Of a stretch of DNA of 64,000 nucleotides, positions 56,304 to 64,000 are shown one piece after another. Under the pieces are notes generated by a model that was given only the letters and a program-made list of their open reading frames with translations, was not told the DNA's origin and ran no database searches. The translations under genes were made by a program, and so were the position numbers. The stretch covers positions 1-64,000 of the forward strand of contig JAKFCT010000038.1 in the NCBI GenBank assembly GCA_036676495.1, given 5' to 3'. This stretch comes from Candidatus Sericytochromatia bacterium. GTDB taxonomy: Bacteria > Cyanobacteriota > Sericytochromatia > S15B-MN24 > UBA4093. Each line of letters opens with the position of its first letter. The first letter of the stretch is position 1.

Positions 56304-57059
56304 ATGCGCGGGACCTGGGGGCTGGGCATTGCCTTGGGCATCGTCCTGGCGCTACAACTGCCGGCTTGGGGCACGCTCGGAATGCGTGCGAGCGAGCTCG
56401 AGCTCCGCTACGCCTGGGAGGCGGGCCCGGAGGGGACCCGGCTCTACCAGCTGGGTTCGGCGATCTTCAGCCCGATCCTCTCGGAGGGACGGATGGTGGG
56501 GGCGATCGCCGAGCTTCCCGCCGACGCCGGCAAGGCCGGCATCATGGCCCTGCTCGCGGCGATGACCCCCGGCTTGCGCCAGGAGCCCGCCGTCGAGCGA
56601 GGCAGCCTCGACGCCGACACCTGGAAACGCGTGACCCCCGACTACCTGGCCATGGCGATGCACGAAAACGGCAAGCTCTTCGTGCTCGTCCAGCAGCTCG
56701 AACCCCAGGACGAGCCCCGGGGGGGCGAGCTCGAACCGCCCCCCGAAGCCACGGTCGAGGACCCGTACTACCGGGCGCAAAACGACCTCGACATCCTCCG
56801 CATGGCCCTCGAATCCTACCGGGCCCGCCATTACTTCCGCTACCCCGAGGTCCGTAACGTCGACGAGCTGATCCGGGCGTTGAAGCGCGCGGAGGTCCTT
56901 CCCGAGGAGTTCCAGCTCCAGGCGCCGCTCACCGAGTTCGGCGTCTGGCGAACCGGCTACCGGATCACCGTGCGGGCGGGCGGACGTCCCCTCACGATCC
57001 GAGAGCCGGAGCGCTACGATCCCTTCTGGGTCTTCTGGCAGATCCGACCCTTCCCTTAG
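56304..57059 (+). CDS. Secreted hypothetical protein with pseudopilin-like helix
   Basis: GGAGGG RBS, signal peptide; AQNDLDILRMALESY...YP motif. Confidence 0.6.
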   Translation: MRGTWGLGIALGIVLALQLPAWGTLGMRASELELRYAWEAGPEGTRLYQLGSAIFSPILSEGRMVGAIAELPADAGKAGIMALLAAMTPGLRQEPAVERGSLDADTWKRVTPDYLAMAMHENGKLFVLVQQLEPQDEPRGGELEPPPEATVEDPYYRAQNDLDILRMALESYRARHYFRYPEVRNVDELIRALKRAEVLPEEFQLQAPLTEFGVWRTGYRITVRAGGRPLTIREPERYDPFWVFWQIRPFP

Positions 57060-57137
57060 TGAGTCGCGTAGTTTCTCCCCTGCCTCCATGGCGGATGAAG
57101 ACCTACCATGGGCTCGCTCGTCTGAGGGAGGTTTGGC

Positions 57138-58019
57138 ATGAGGGAGCCCTACTGCCTGGTGACCGGTGCGACTTCGGGCATTGGCATGGCGATCGCCATC
57201 AGCCTGGGACGCCAAGGAGCCCACGTGGGCATCGTCGCCCGCACGGCCCAGCGCGGCCGGATCGCGCAGAAGCTCATCGAAGACGCCACGGGACGGCCCG
57301 TTTCCGTCTTCGTGGGAGACCTCTCGTCCCAGGCCTCCGTCCGCATGCTCGCCTCCTCGGTGCTCGGTACATGGGATCGCCTCGACGTGCTCATCCACAA
57401 CGCCGGCACGTACGCGACGAAGCGGCAGCTCACGCCGGACGGCCTGGAGCGGACCTTCGCGGTCAATTATCTTTCCCGCTTCCTGCTGACCCAGCTCTTG
57501 CTCGAGCGCCTCGAGGCCAGCGCCCCGGCCCGGATCATCCACGTGGCCGGCGCCTACCACGCCAAGGGCAGCATCCGCTTCGACGATCTTCAATTCGAGC
57601 GGGACTACGACGGCATGCGCGCCAACAACCAGAGCAAGCTCGCCGACATCCTTTTCACCTATGAGCTGGCCCGCCGCCTGGAAGGCAGCGGCGTCACGGT
57701 GAACGCCCTTCACCCCGGAGCGGTCGCCACCGATCTCGTGCTCACTGATCCGGACTTCCCCCGCTGGCAGAAGGCCCTCTACCGGCTTTGCCGGCCCTTC
57801 ATGAAGACGCCCCGGCAAGGAGCGGAGACGCCGGTTCACCTGGCCCTCTCTCCCGAGGTGGCCGGAGTCACCGGGCGTTACTTCATCAACAAACAAGCGG
57901 TCCCCTCAGCCCCGGCCACCTACGACCGCGAGCTGGCCCGTCGGCTCTGGGACGTCAGCGCCGCACTATGCGGGCTTGCGGCCGAGGCCCGGCCCGCGGC
58001 GCTCAGCCCCGTGTCTTGA
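57138..58019 (+). CDS. Short-chain dehydrogenase/reductase (retinol dehydrogenase-like)
   Basis: VTGATSGIG, HNAG, FAVNYL, SKLA, ALHPGAV. Confidence 0.92.
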   Translation: MREPYCLVTGATSGIGMAIAISLGRQGAHVGIVARTAQRGRIAQKLIEDATGRPVSVFVGDLSSQASVRMLASSVLGTWDRLDVLIHNAGTYATKRQLTPDGLERTFAVNYLSRFLLTQLLLERLEASAPARIIHVAGAYHAKGSIRFDDLQFERDYDGMRANNQSKLADILFTYELARRLEGSGVTVNALHPGAVATDLVLTDPDFPRWQKALYRLCRPFMKTPRQGAETPVHLALSPEVAGVTGRYFINKQAVPSAPATYDRELARRLWDVSAALCGLAAEARPAALSPVS

Positions 58020-58542
58020 GGCCCTCGAGCAGGCTCTTCAGCGATTCGAGCAAGCGTAGATCCGCTTCGAGGTGCTCCCGGCCGTTGGCGAACATCAAGC
58101 GGGCGTAGGCAGGAAGGTAAGGGGCCTTCAGCTCCTCGCCAGCGTTCCAGCGGGCGATTTCCTGCACGAGCGCCGAGATCTGAGCCTCGACCCCCGGCAG
58201 GATCTCCTCGGGAGGCAGGGCCTCGAGGAAGGTCATGGCCGTGTAGAGCCCGGTGGGAAAAGCCTTGGGGGGCAAGGTCCAGGTCTCGCGCAGCAGGCGC
58301 CTGAACTCGACCTGACCCGCCTCGGTGATGGCATAGGTGGCCTTCTGGCGAAAGCCCGTCTGTTCGGTCGCATGGACTTCGAGCAAGCCCTCGGCGGTCA
58401 TCTTCTTGAGCGCATGGTAGATGGACCCGGGTAGGACGTCCGCCCAGACGTCGGCACGGCTCACCTCGAGGGCCTTCTGGATCTCGTAGCCATGCATGGG
58501 GGACTTGCTGAGAAGCCCCAGGACCATCAACCGCGTGCTCAC
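58003..58542 (-). CDS. PadR-family transcriptional regulator
   Basis: LGLL..PMHGYEI, PGSIYHALKKM..EGL, YAITEAG. Confidence 0.92.
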   Translation of the reverse strand: MSTRLMVLGLLSKSPMHGYEIQKALEVSRADVWADVLPGSIYHALKKMTAEGLLEVHATEQTGFRQKATYAITEAGQVEFRRLLRETWTLPPKAFPTGLYTAMTFLEALPPEEILPGVEAQISALVQEIARWNAGEELKAPYLPAYARLMFANGREHLEADLRLLESLKSLLEGLKTRG

Positions 58543-58553
58543 GCTAGCCCCTC

Positions 58554-59240
58554 CTAGGAAACCGAAACCACTGGCAGCTCAGTCATCTCGCCCACGCGGC
58601 TGAACCGGAAGACGCAAAGCGAGCCGCCTTCGCCCAGCGTCTCGGGGCGATCGAAGCGGAATCCCAGTTTAGACGGATTGATGGCATCCGACCAGTTGTT
58701 GTCCTTCTGGCAGAACAAGGGCATCAGCTCTAGAGCTCCGTTGGCGACAAAGAAGGAGTGGTAGAAGCATGTCCGGATCACCATGGAGTAGGCCGCTTCG
58801 TCATCCTGGAGCACGTCGCGCTCGAAGGCCTTGCCGTAGTAAGCCGCCTGCTTGGACTTGGAGATCGTGACCATGAAGCGGAAGGGATCCCGCGTGACCA
58901 GCGGCATGAGGCTCATCATCCCCTCGGAGCCCTTCTTGCCCGTGTCCAGGAAAGGCCCTCTGAGCATCTCCTGGGCGATCGCCTCATCCTGGGTCGCATC
59001 GGAAAGCACCCGGTAGCTTGCCAATAGCACGCACGTGAGGAAGAGGTGCGAGGCGGAAGCCTTGTCGACCACCATGCCGCGATTCGCGTCGATCAGCGCT
59101 TGCGCCTGGGCTTCGATCCTCCCGTAGAGCGCCGCGGAACGCCCCGGCAGGCTGCGCTCGATCTCGAGCTTCAAGCGCTTCGCATACCCTTTCAGGAAAA
59201 GCCGGTCCATCCAGTTCTGCTTCGAGAGATTCAACGCCAT
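58554..59240 (-). CDS. L-2-amino-thiazoline-4-carboxylate hydrolase-like protein
   Basis: TCFYH.FF..NG..EL...FC..D, RPETLGEGG..C.FRF Cys pattern; ATG 59240 after AAGGAGG. Confidence 0.75.
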   Translation of the reverse strand: MALNLSKQNWMDRLFLKGYAKRLKLEIERSLPGRSAALYGRIEAQAQALIDANRGMVVDKASASHLFLTCVLLASYRVLSDATQDEAIAQEMLRGPFLDTGKKGSEGMMSLMPLVTRDPFRFMVTISKSKQAAYYGKAFERDVLQDDEAAYSMVIRTCFYHSFFVANGALELMPLFCQKDNNWSDAINPSKLGFRFDRPETLGEGGSLCVFRFSRVGEMTELPVVSVS

Positions 59241-59262
59241 CCTCAGACCCTCCTTCGATTCA

Positions 59263-59293
59263 ATACTCAACTTTGATTATACAATATTGTATA
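59263..59293. promoter_or_regulatory. Overlapping palindromes, candidate PadR operator
   Basis: ATACTCAA-ct-TTGATTAT (59263-59280) and perfect TATACAAT-ATTGTATA (59278-59293). Confidence 0.6.
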
Positions 59294-59306
59294 GCTACCC
59301 TATCGT

Positions 59307-59339
59307 CAAGCCCCCGCGTCGGAGGGACGCGGGGGCTTG
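59307..59339 (-). terminator. Hairpin after DUF2339 gene
   Basis: caagcccccgcgtc-ggagg-gacgcgggggcttg. Confidence 0.55.
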
Positions 59340-59362
59340 GCGATGGCTGAGAAGGGAGGTGG

Positions 59363-61420
59363 TTAGTTCGGATCCCGCTGGAGCCCATACCGGCTGTAGA
59401 GCCAGGAGATCCCGATGAGGACGATCCCCAGACCGCCGAAGGAGAGGATGCGCAGGGGAGTGTCGAGCGAGGAGAGGTCGAAGAGGAAGACCTTGAGGGC
59501 CGTCACGCCGAGCACGCCAAGCGCCAGCAACCGGAACCAGCGGCTCTTCTGGCGGACGCCGTAGGCGAGCAGCCCCGCTCCCGAAACCGTCCACCAGAGG
59601 GAGATGCCGAGCTGGGCGGGACGCTCCCAGTTCGGGATGGCCGAGTGCTGGAAGGCCGAGAAGGTCTCGAGCGTGAGGACCCAGATTCCGAGCAAGGCGG
59701 CGGCGGGCGGCACGAAGGCGAGCAGCCTCCCCTCCGACTCGGGAAGCCGGTGACGGGTCGCCGCCATGAGCAGCAGCGCCGCGATGACGACGCCATACGC
59801 CGCGAAGCGCAGGTTGAGGACGGGCCTCAACTCCCCCCACGGCCCGGTGAGGATCACCCCTCCGAGCGCCAGGGCGAGGAGTGAAACGCTCGCGAGCCGC
59901 AGAGCCGGCACATCCAGTCGAAGGCCAAGCCTCTGGCCTGCCGTCGCGACCAGGGCCCAGAGGCTGAACGCGACGAGCCAGGGCTCACGGGCATGGTTCC
60001 AGGGACCGAGCGCGAAGAGCTGGTGGGCGATCAAGGCGGCGAGCCCCAGCATCCCCAGCCAGGAATAGGTGGCGATCGCCCAACCGGCGGGTTTCCAGCG
60101 CGCGGACCAGTAGACCAGCCACCCTGCGGCAAGCACGCCCAGCGCCAGCGACATGCCGCGTTCGATCCCCTCGAACGGCACGGGACTCGGCAAGAAGACC
60201 CCGACGAGCGTCACGGCGTAAAGAAAGAAGACCGCCTGGCCCGAACGGCGAAACAACGGGCTGCCGAAACGAATGCCGATGGCCTCCAGGAGGGCGGCCT
60301 CGGCAGCCCAGGCGGCGGCCAACCAGCCCGCCTCGAGCTGGATCGGAGCGGCGAGGGTCAGGAAGAATAACCCCAGCCCCGTGCAGACGTTCCGGAACGC
60401 CAGATCGGACGGAGCCAGGCGGGACGCCCCCCAGGAGACGCCTCCGAAAAAGACGGCCAGCGCCACGGGAAAAAGCGCTCGGAAGGCTCCCAGGGGCTCC
60501 GGGACGAGGGCGTAACCGGCCAGAGCGTAAAGCAGCGCGGCCAGGCACGGCAAGAAGAGATCCTCGGCGGGCGTCGGCTCCCGGCGCCTCAGGCTGTATA
60601 CGCACGAGGCCCCGAAGAACTGGGCGAAGTAAAGGGTCACGAAGGCGAACGTCACGCCGTGAAGCGACTCCAGGCGACCTGCGAACAGCATGGCCAGGAG
60701 GAGCAGGATCGTGCCCACGAAGCTCAAGCCGACAGGCAGCTTCCAGTGCTTGAAGAGCGCGGTGGCGACGATACCGGTGTTGAGGACGGCGATGTAAAGC
60801 ATGAGCGGAACCGGATCGAAGCGCCCTCCGAGCACCAGGGGAGTCATGAAGCCCCCCAGGGTGGCCAGCGAGATCAAGCTCACGGCCCCCAGGCGCACGG
60901 CCAGGACGGCCCCGACCAGGGTGGTGGCGATCATCATCGCGAAGGCAGCCTCCCCTCCGAAGACGGCGCTGCGCTGGAAGCCGGCCCAGGTATTGAGGTA
61001 GAGGATGGCGAGCCCGGCTCCCATGAGGCCGACGCCGAACCAGCCCTGCGCGCGCGTCCGGGTGAAGGCGCCCAAGGCCATCACGCCGGCGCCGAGCAGG
61101 AATCCCGCCACGGTTCGACCGGAGGGTCCGAGGAACTGCCAGGCATAGGCCAGGAAGAAGGCGACGGCGAGGAAGAGCGCGGCCGAGCCGACCCACAAGG
61201 CGCCCTGGCCCCCGATGAGCGCCTCCCAGTCGAGGCGGGGCAGTCCGGGCCGCGGGAGGCGGACCATGGGCCGGAGCGGCGCGGCGGGCTCCGGCTCGGT
61301 CGGAAGGTTCCCAGGGGCCTCCAGGCGATCGAGTCGTTGGGACAAGGACGCGACGGCCCGCTCCAGGCGTTCGAGGCGCGCCTCGAGGGTGGAATCCGAG
61401 GGTTCCGAGGATGCCGTCAC
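59363..61420 (-). CDS. DUF2339-family multi-pass membrane protein
   Basis: N-terminal coiled coil, WEALIGG..LWVG, many TMs, C-terminal KVFLFDLSSL...RILSF. Confidence 0.85.
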   Translation of the reverse strand: MTASSEPSDSTLEARLERLERAVASLSQRLDRLEAPGNLPTEPEPAAPLRPMVRLPRPGLPRLDWEALIGGQGALWVGSAALFLAVAFFLAYAWQFLGPSGRTVAGFLLGAGVMALGAFTRTRAQGWFGVGLMGAGLAILYLNTWAGFQRSAVFGGEAAFAMMIATTLVGAVLAVRLGAVSLISLATLGGFMTPLVLGGRFDPVPLMLYIAVLNTGIVATALFKHWKLPVGLSFVGTILLLLAMLFAGRLESLHGVTFAFVTLYFAQFFGASCVYSLRRREPTPAEDLFLPCLAALLYALAGYALVPEPLGAFRALFPVALAVFFGGVSWGASRLAPSDLAFRNVCTGLGLFFLTLAAPIQLEAGWLAAAWAAEAALLEAIGIRFGSPLFRRSGQAVFFLYAVTLVGVFLPSPVPFEGIERGMSLALGVLAAGWLVYWSARWKPAGWAIATYSWLGMLGLAALIAHQLFALGPWNHAREPWLVAFSLWALVATAGQRLGLRLDVPALRLASVSLLALALGGVILTGPWGELRPVLNLRFAAYGVVIAALLLMAATRHRLPESEGRLLAFVPPAAALLGIWVLTLETFSAFQHSAIPNWERPAQLGISLWWTVSGAGLLAYGVRQKSRWFRLLALGVLGVTALKVFLFDLSSLDTPLRILSFGGLGIVLIGISWLYSRYGLQRDPN

Positions 61421-61479
61421 GTCATGTCCTTTCGCGGGAGGGAAGTGAGCAAGCGTTTTGTACCCGGAATAGTTGAAAG

Positions 61480-61513
61480 GCTGACGCCGGCTCCTTCCGG
61501 AACCGGCGTCAGC
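61480..61513 (-). terminator. Terminator after phosphomannomutase
   Basis: gctgacgccgg ... ccggcgtcagc, with ctttc following on minus strand. Confidence 0.6.
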
Positions 61514-61532
61514 GTTCGAGAGTACTTCGGAG

Positions 61533-62900
61533 TTAGTGCTGGTGAGCGGGCTGCGGGGCGCCCTTGCGGATGATCCCCAGCAGTTCGTCGCGCAGCTTCT
61601 CCATCTCCTCGCGGGTCTTGCCCTCGCAGTTGAGGCGCAGGAGAGGCTCGGTGTTGCTCTTGCGGATGTTGAACCACCAGGTGTCGCCGAAGACGCTGAG
61701 GCCGTCGAGCGTGATCACCTTGCCCTTGCTGCCGTAGCGCTCCTGGATCTCGGCCATGATGGCGTCGGGATCGGCGACGGTCGAGTTGATCTCGCCCGAG
61801 ACGTGGTAGCGCTTGGTCTCCTGCATGGCCTCGGCCAGGCTCTGCTTGGCGTCGGTGAGCTGCTTCAGCAGGACCAGGACCGTGAGGTTGCCCGAGTCGA
61901 AGTAGGCGTCATGGTGGCGGAAGTAGTAGTGGCCGGAAACCTCGCCGCCGAACTCGGCGCCCAGCTCGCGCATGGCGGTCTTGGCGAAGGCGTGGCCGAC
62001 CTTGACCATCTCGGCGCGGCCGCCGCCCTGGGCGACGACGTCCCGGACGTAGTTCGAGCAGCGGACGTCGTAGGTGATGATGGCGCCGGGATGCTTCTTG
62101 AGGATGGGCTTGGCCATCAGGCCGAGGATGAAGTCGCCGTCGCAGAACTCGCCGTTGCCGTCCACGAAGAAGGCACGGTCGCAGTCGCCGTCCAGGCCGA
62201 TGCCGAGGTCGGCGCCGATCTCCTTGACCTTGGCGACGAGATCCCGGCGGTTCTCCTCCAGGAGGGGGTTGGCCTCATGGTTGGGGAAGTTGCCGTCCGG
62301 CTCGAAGAAGAGCTCGGTGACCTCGACCTTGGAGCCCGCCATGAGCTTGGGCATGATCATGCCGCCCATGCCGTTGCCGGCGTCGATGACGACCTTGATC
62401 GGAGCGAGCTCCGAAGGCTTCACGAAGGAGTGCATGAACGCCACGAAAGCATCCAGGACGTTCTTCTCCTCGACCTTGCCGGGCGTCGCCGCGACCGTGC
62501 CGATCGTGCCGGCGCGGATCAGGTCCTCGATGTCGCTGAGGCCGGAGTCGAGGCCCATGGGGATGGCCTTGGCCCGGGTGAACTTGAAGCCGTTGTACTG
62601 GCCGGGGTTATGCGACGCGGTCACCACGATGCCGCCGTCCGCTCCGGAGTCGATGACGGCGAAGTAGAGCATGTCGGTGGAGGCCATGCCGATGGAGATG
62701 ACGTCACAGCCCGCCTCCGTCAGTCCGCGGATGAGCTCCTTGGAGAGGGGCACGGACGAGGGGCGCATATCCCAGCCCACGACGACCCGCTTGGCGCCCG
62801 TGTAGGCGACGTACGCCCGCCCGAGCTTGTAGGCGAGGTCCTCGGTCACGTCCTGGCCGTAGATGCCGCGCACGTCGTAGGCTTTGAATGGAGCTGCCAT
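61533..62900 (-). CDS. Phosphomannomutase/phosphoglucomutase
   Basis: FKAYDVRG, TASHNP, DGDCDR, GEVSGHYYF, RKSNTEP; ATG 62900. Confidence 0.95.
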   Translation of the reverse strand: MAAPFKAYDVRGIYGQDVTEDLAYKLGRAYVAYTGAKRVVVGWDMRPSSVPLSKELIRGLTEAGCDVISIGMASTDMLYFAVIDSGADGGIVVTASHNPGQYNGFKFTRAKAIPMGLDSGLSDIEDLIRAGTIGTVAATPGKVEEKNVLDAFVAFMHSFVKPSELAPIKVVIDAGNGMGGMIMPKLMAGSKVEVTELFFEPDGNFPNHEANPLLEENRRDLVAKVKEIGADLGIGLDGDCDRAFFVDGNGEFCDGDFILGLMAKPILKKHPGAIITYDVRCSNYVRDVVAQGGGRAEMVKVGHAFAKTAMRELGAEFGGEVSGHYYFRHHDAYFDSGNLTVLVLLKQLTDAKQSLAEAMQETKRYHVSGEINSTVADPDAIMAEIQERYGSKGKVITLDGLSVFGDTWWFNIRKSNTEPLLRLNCEGKTREEMEKLRDELLGIIRKGAPQPAHQH

Positions 62901-62987
62901 ATCTACCTCTTCCTCTTTTGATGGGACCGGAGGCTCGCCCTCCGGCAACGATGCTTACTGTATTCTACCGGGAGATGCGGGGTTGCA

Positions 62988-63776
62988 TCAAAGCTTGCCG
63001 AGCAAGCCCTTGAGATCCAAGCGGCCCTGCACGGACACGGAGTCCGAGGCCAGGACGACATCGAAGAGACTGAAGCCGACCCCCTGCGGCAAGGTCAGCT
63101 TGGCCAGGTCGAGCACGGGCTCCTTCAGGGCCGGAGCGAGCAGCGCGGGGTCGACCGGCCCTCCCATCATGCTCGCCTGCGGCTCGGCGATGAAGAGCCG
63201 GCTGGGCGGAGCCACCACCGGGCGCCCCGAGACCTGGAAGGGGAAGCTCACCCCCGAGTTGAGCATGACCACGCCCGTGACCTGAAGGCGTCCCTCCTGG
63301 ACATCGACGTCCTGGGGAACGATATCGACCTTCTGGGTGATGGACATGCCGGGGAAGACGCTGAGCTGGACGGGCAAGCCCTTGAGCTGGCGGGTGACGA
63401 TCGGCTGCTGGATCAGCGTGTCGAGGCCGGCCTCGGAGAACGTGATCGAGGCGATCGCCCCCGTGGGCTTCGCCAGGTCCACTTCCCGCGCCCAGAGCAG
63501 CCGCCCCGTGTTGAGGGCGATCGCCTCGGACCGCAGCGAGAAGTCCGCCACCGGGATCCCCTCGACCTTGAAGCCCTTGGCGTCGATCCGCAATTGATCG
63601 ACCTCACCCTGCGCCACCCGGAAGGGGGGATCCGTGATCACCTTGACGTCGAGCGACTCGAAGGGGCCGTAGCGCTGCTTCAACTCGTCCTTGAGCCGGT
63701 CCTGGGCAAAGGGGGCCACGGAGGACCCCAAGGCGTAAACGATGAGCAGAAGCAGTGCGGTGATGAAGCCGACCAT
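62988..63776 (-). CDS. DUF2993/LmeA-like protein
   Basis: N-terminal TM; LDVKV..P..GEVDQLRIDAKG, ITFSEAGL pattern. Confidence 0.6.
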   Translation of the reverse strand: MVGFITALLLLIVYALGSSVAPFAQDRLKDELKQRYGPFESLDVKVITDPPFRVAQGEVDQLRIDAKGFKVEGIPVADFSLRSEAIALNTGRLLWAREVDLAKPTGAIASITFSEAGLDTLIQQPIVTRQLKGLPVQLSVFPGMSITQKVDIVPQDVDVQEGRLQVTGVVMLNSGVSFPFQVSGRPVVAPPSRLFIAEPQASMMGGPVDPALLAPALKEPVLDLAKLTLPQGVGFSLFDVVLASDSVSVQGRLDLKGLLGKL

Positions 63777-63779
63777 GAT

Positions 63780-64000
63780 CTAGAAGGTTCCTCCCACTCC
63801 CGCCGACAAGCCCTGCTGGATCTGCCGGCCCGAGGCATCGTAAAGCATTCCCAGGAAGCCCTGGTAGTAGAGGCCCGCGCTCAGCGTGCCGCTGCCCATC
63901 GGCATGATCTCGTATTCGACTCCGGCCTGGTAGCCGAGCCCCCCGCGCAGCCCCATCGCGGAGCCCGCGCTCAGGCTGTAGCTCTGGATGATCACGGGGT
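63780..64000 (-). CDS. C-terminus of a probable beta-barrel/outer-membrane protein, truncated by window edge
   Basis: GLGYQAGVEYE...LSAGLYYQG...GLSAGVGGTF with terminal Phe. Confidence 0.45.
   Translation of the reverse strand, partial: PVIIQSYSLSAGSAMGLRGGLGYQAGVEYEIMPMGSGTLSAGLYYQGFLGMLYDASGRQIQQGLSAGVGGTF

Noticed and set aside
1-64000. tRNA, rRNA, CRISPR arrays, transposases, integrases, prophage genes
   Set aside because: None recognised by eye; tRNAscan-SE, Infernal and CRISPR finders would be needed to exclude them formally

Overview
GC-rich bacterial chromosomal window with no rRNA, tRNA, CRISPR array or mobile element that I can recognise. Its core is a ~31 kb minus-strand flagellar/chemotaxis cluster (52097 down to 21057) in Firmicutes-like gene order: flgB flgC fliE fliF fliG fliH fliI fliJ [metallopeptidase + small ORF] fliK flgD TIGR02530-like flgE [second FliK-like gene + FlhB-C-terminal paralog] flbD motA motB fliL fliM fliY cheY fliO fliP fliQ fliR flhB flhA PilZ cheR cheA cheC cheD hyp fliA cheW. 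The cluster runs straight into a small ORF and a DUF3326 gene. The flanks carry housekeeping genes (rne, rluD, ruvCA and a separated ruvB, ilvE, panC, cmk, phosphomannomutase), two sensor kinases, envelope proteins and a PadR module. Cyanobacteria-type genes (DUF3326, DUF2993/LmeA-like, panC-cmk linkage) together with flagella suggest a non-photosynthetic relative of Cyanobacteria such as Sericytochromatia; this is inference. Most notable observations: (i) a soluble FlhA cytoplasmic-domain paralog with an unrelated N-terminus; (ii) a signal-peptide-less HEXXH metallopeptidase plus small partner gene inserted in the flagellar export operon; (iii) a shared promoter architecture (TTAA-N7-TTAA box, sigma28-like promoter, conserved downstream motif) in front of two non-flagellar genes. 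Together these hint that the flagellar type III apparatus also exports non-flagellar cargo. All family assignments are from motif recognition by eye, not database searches.
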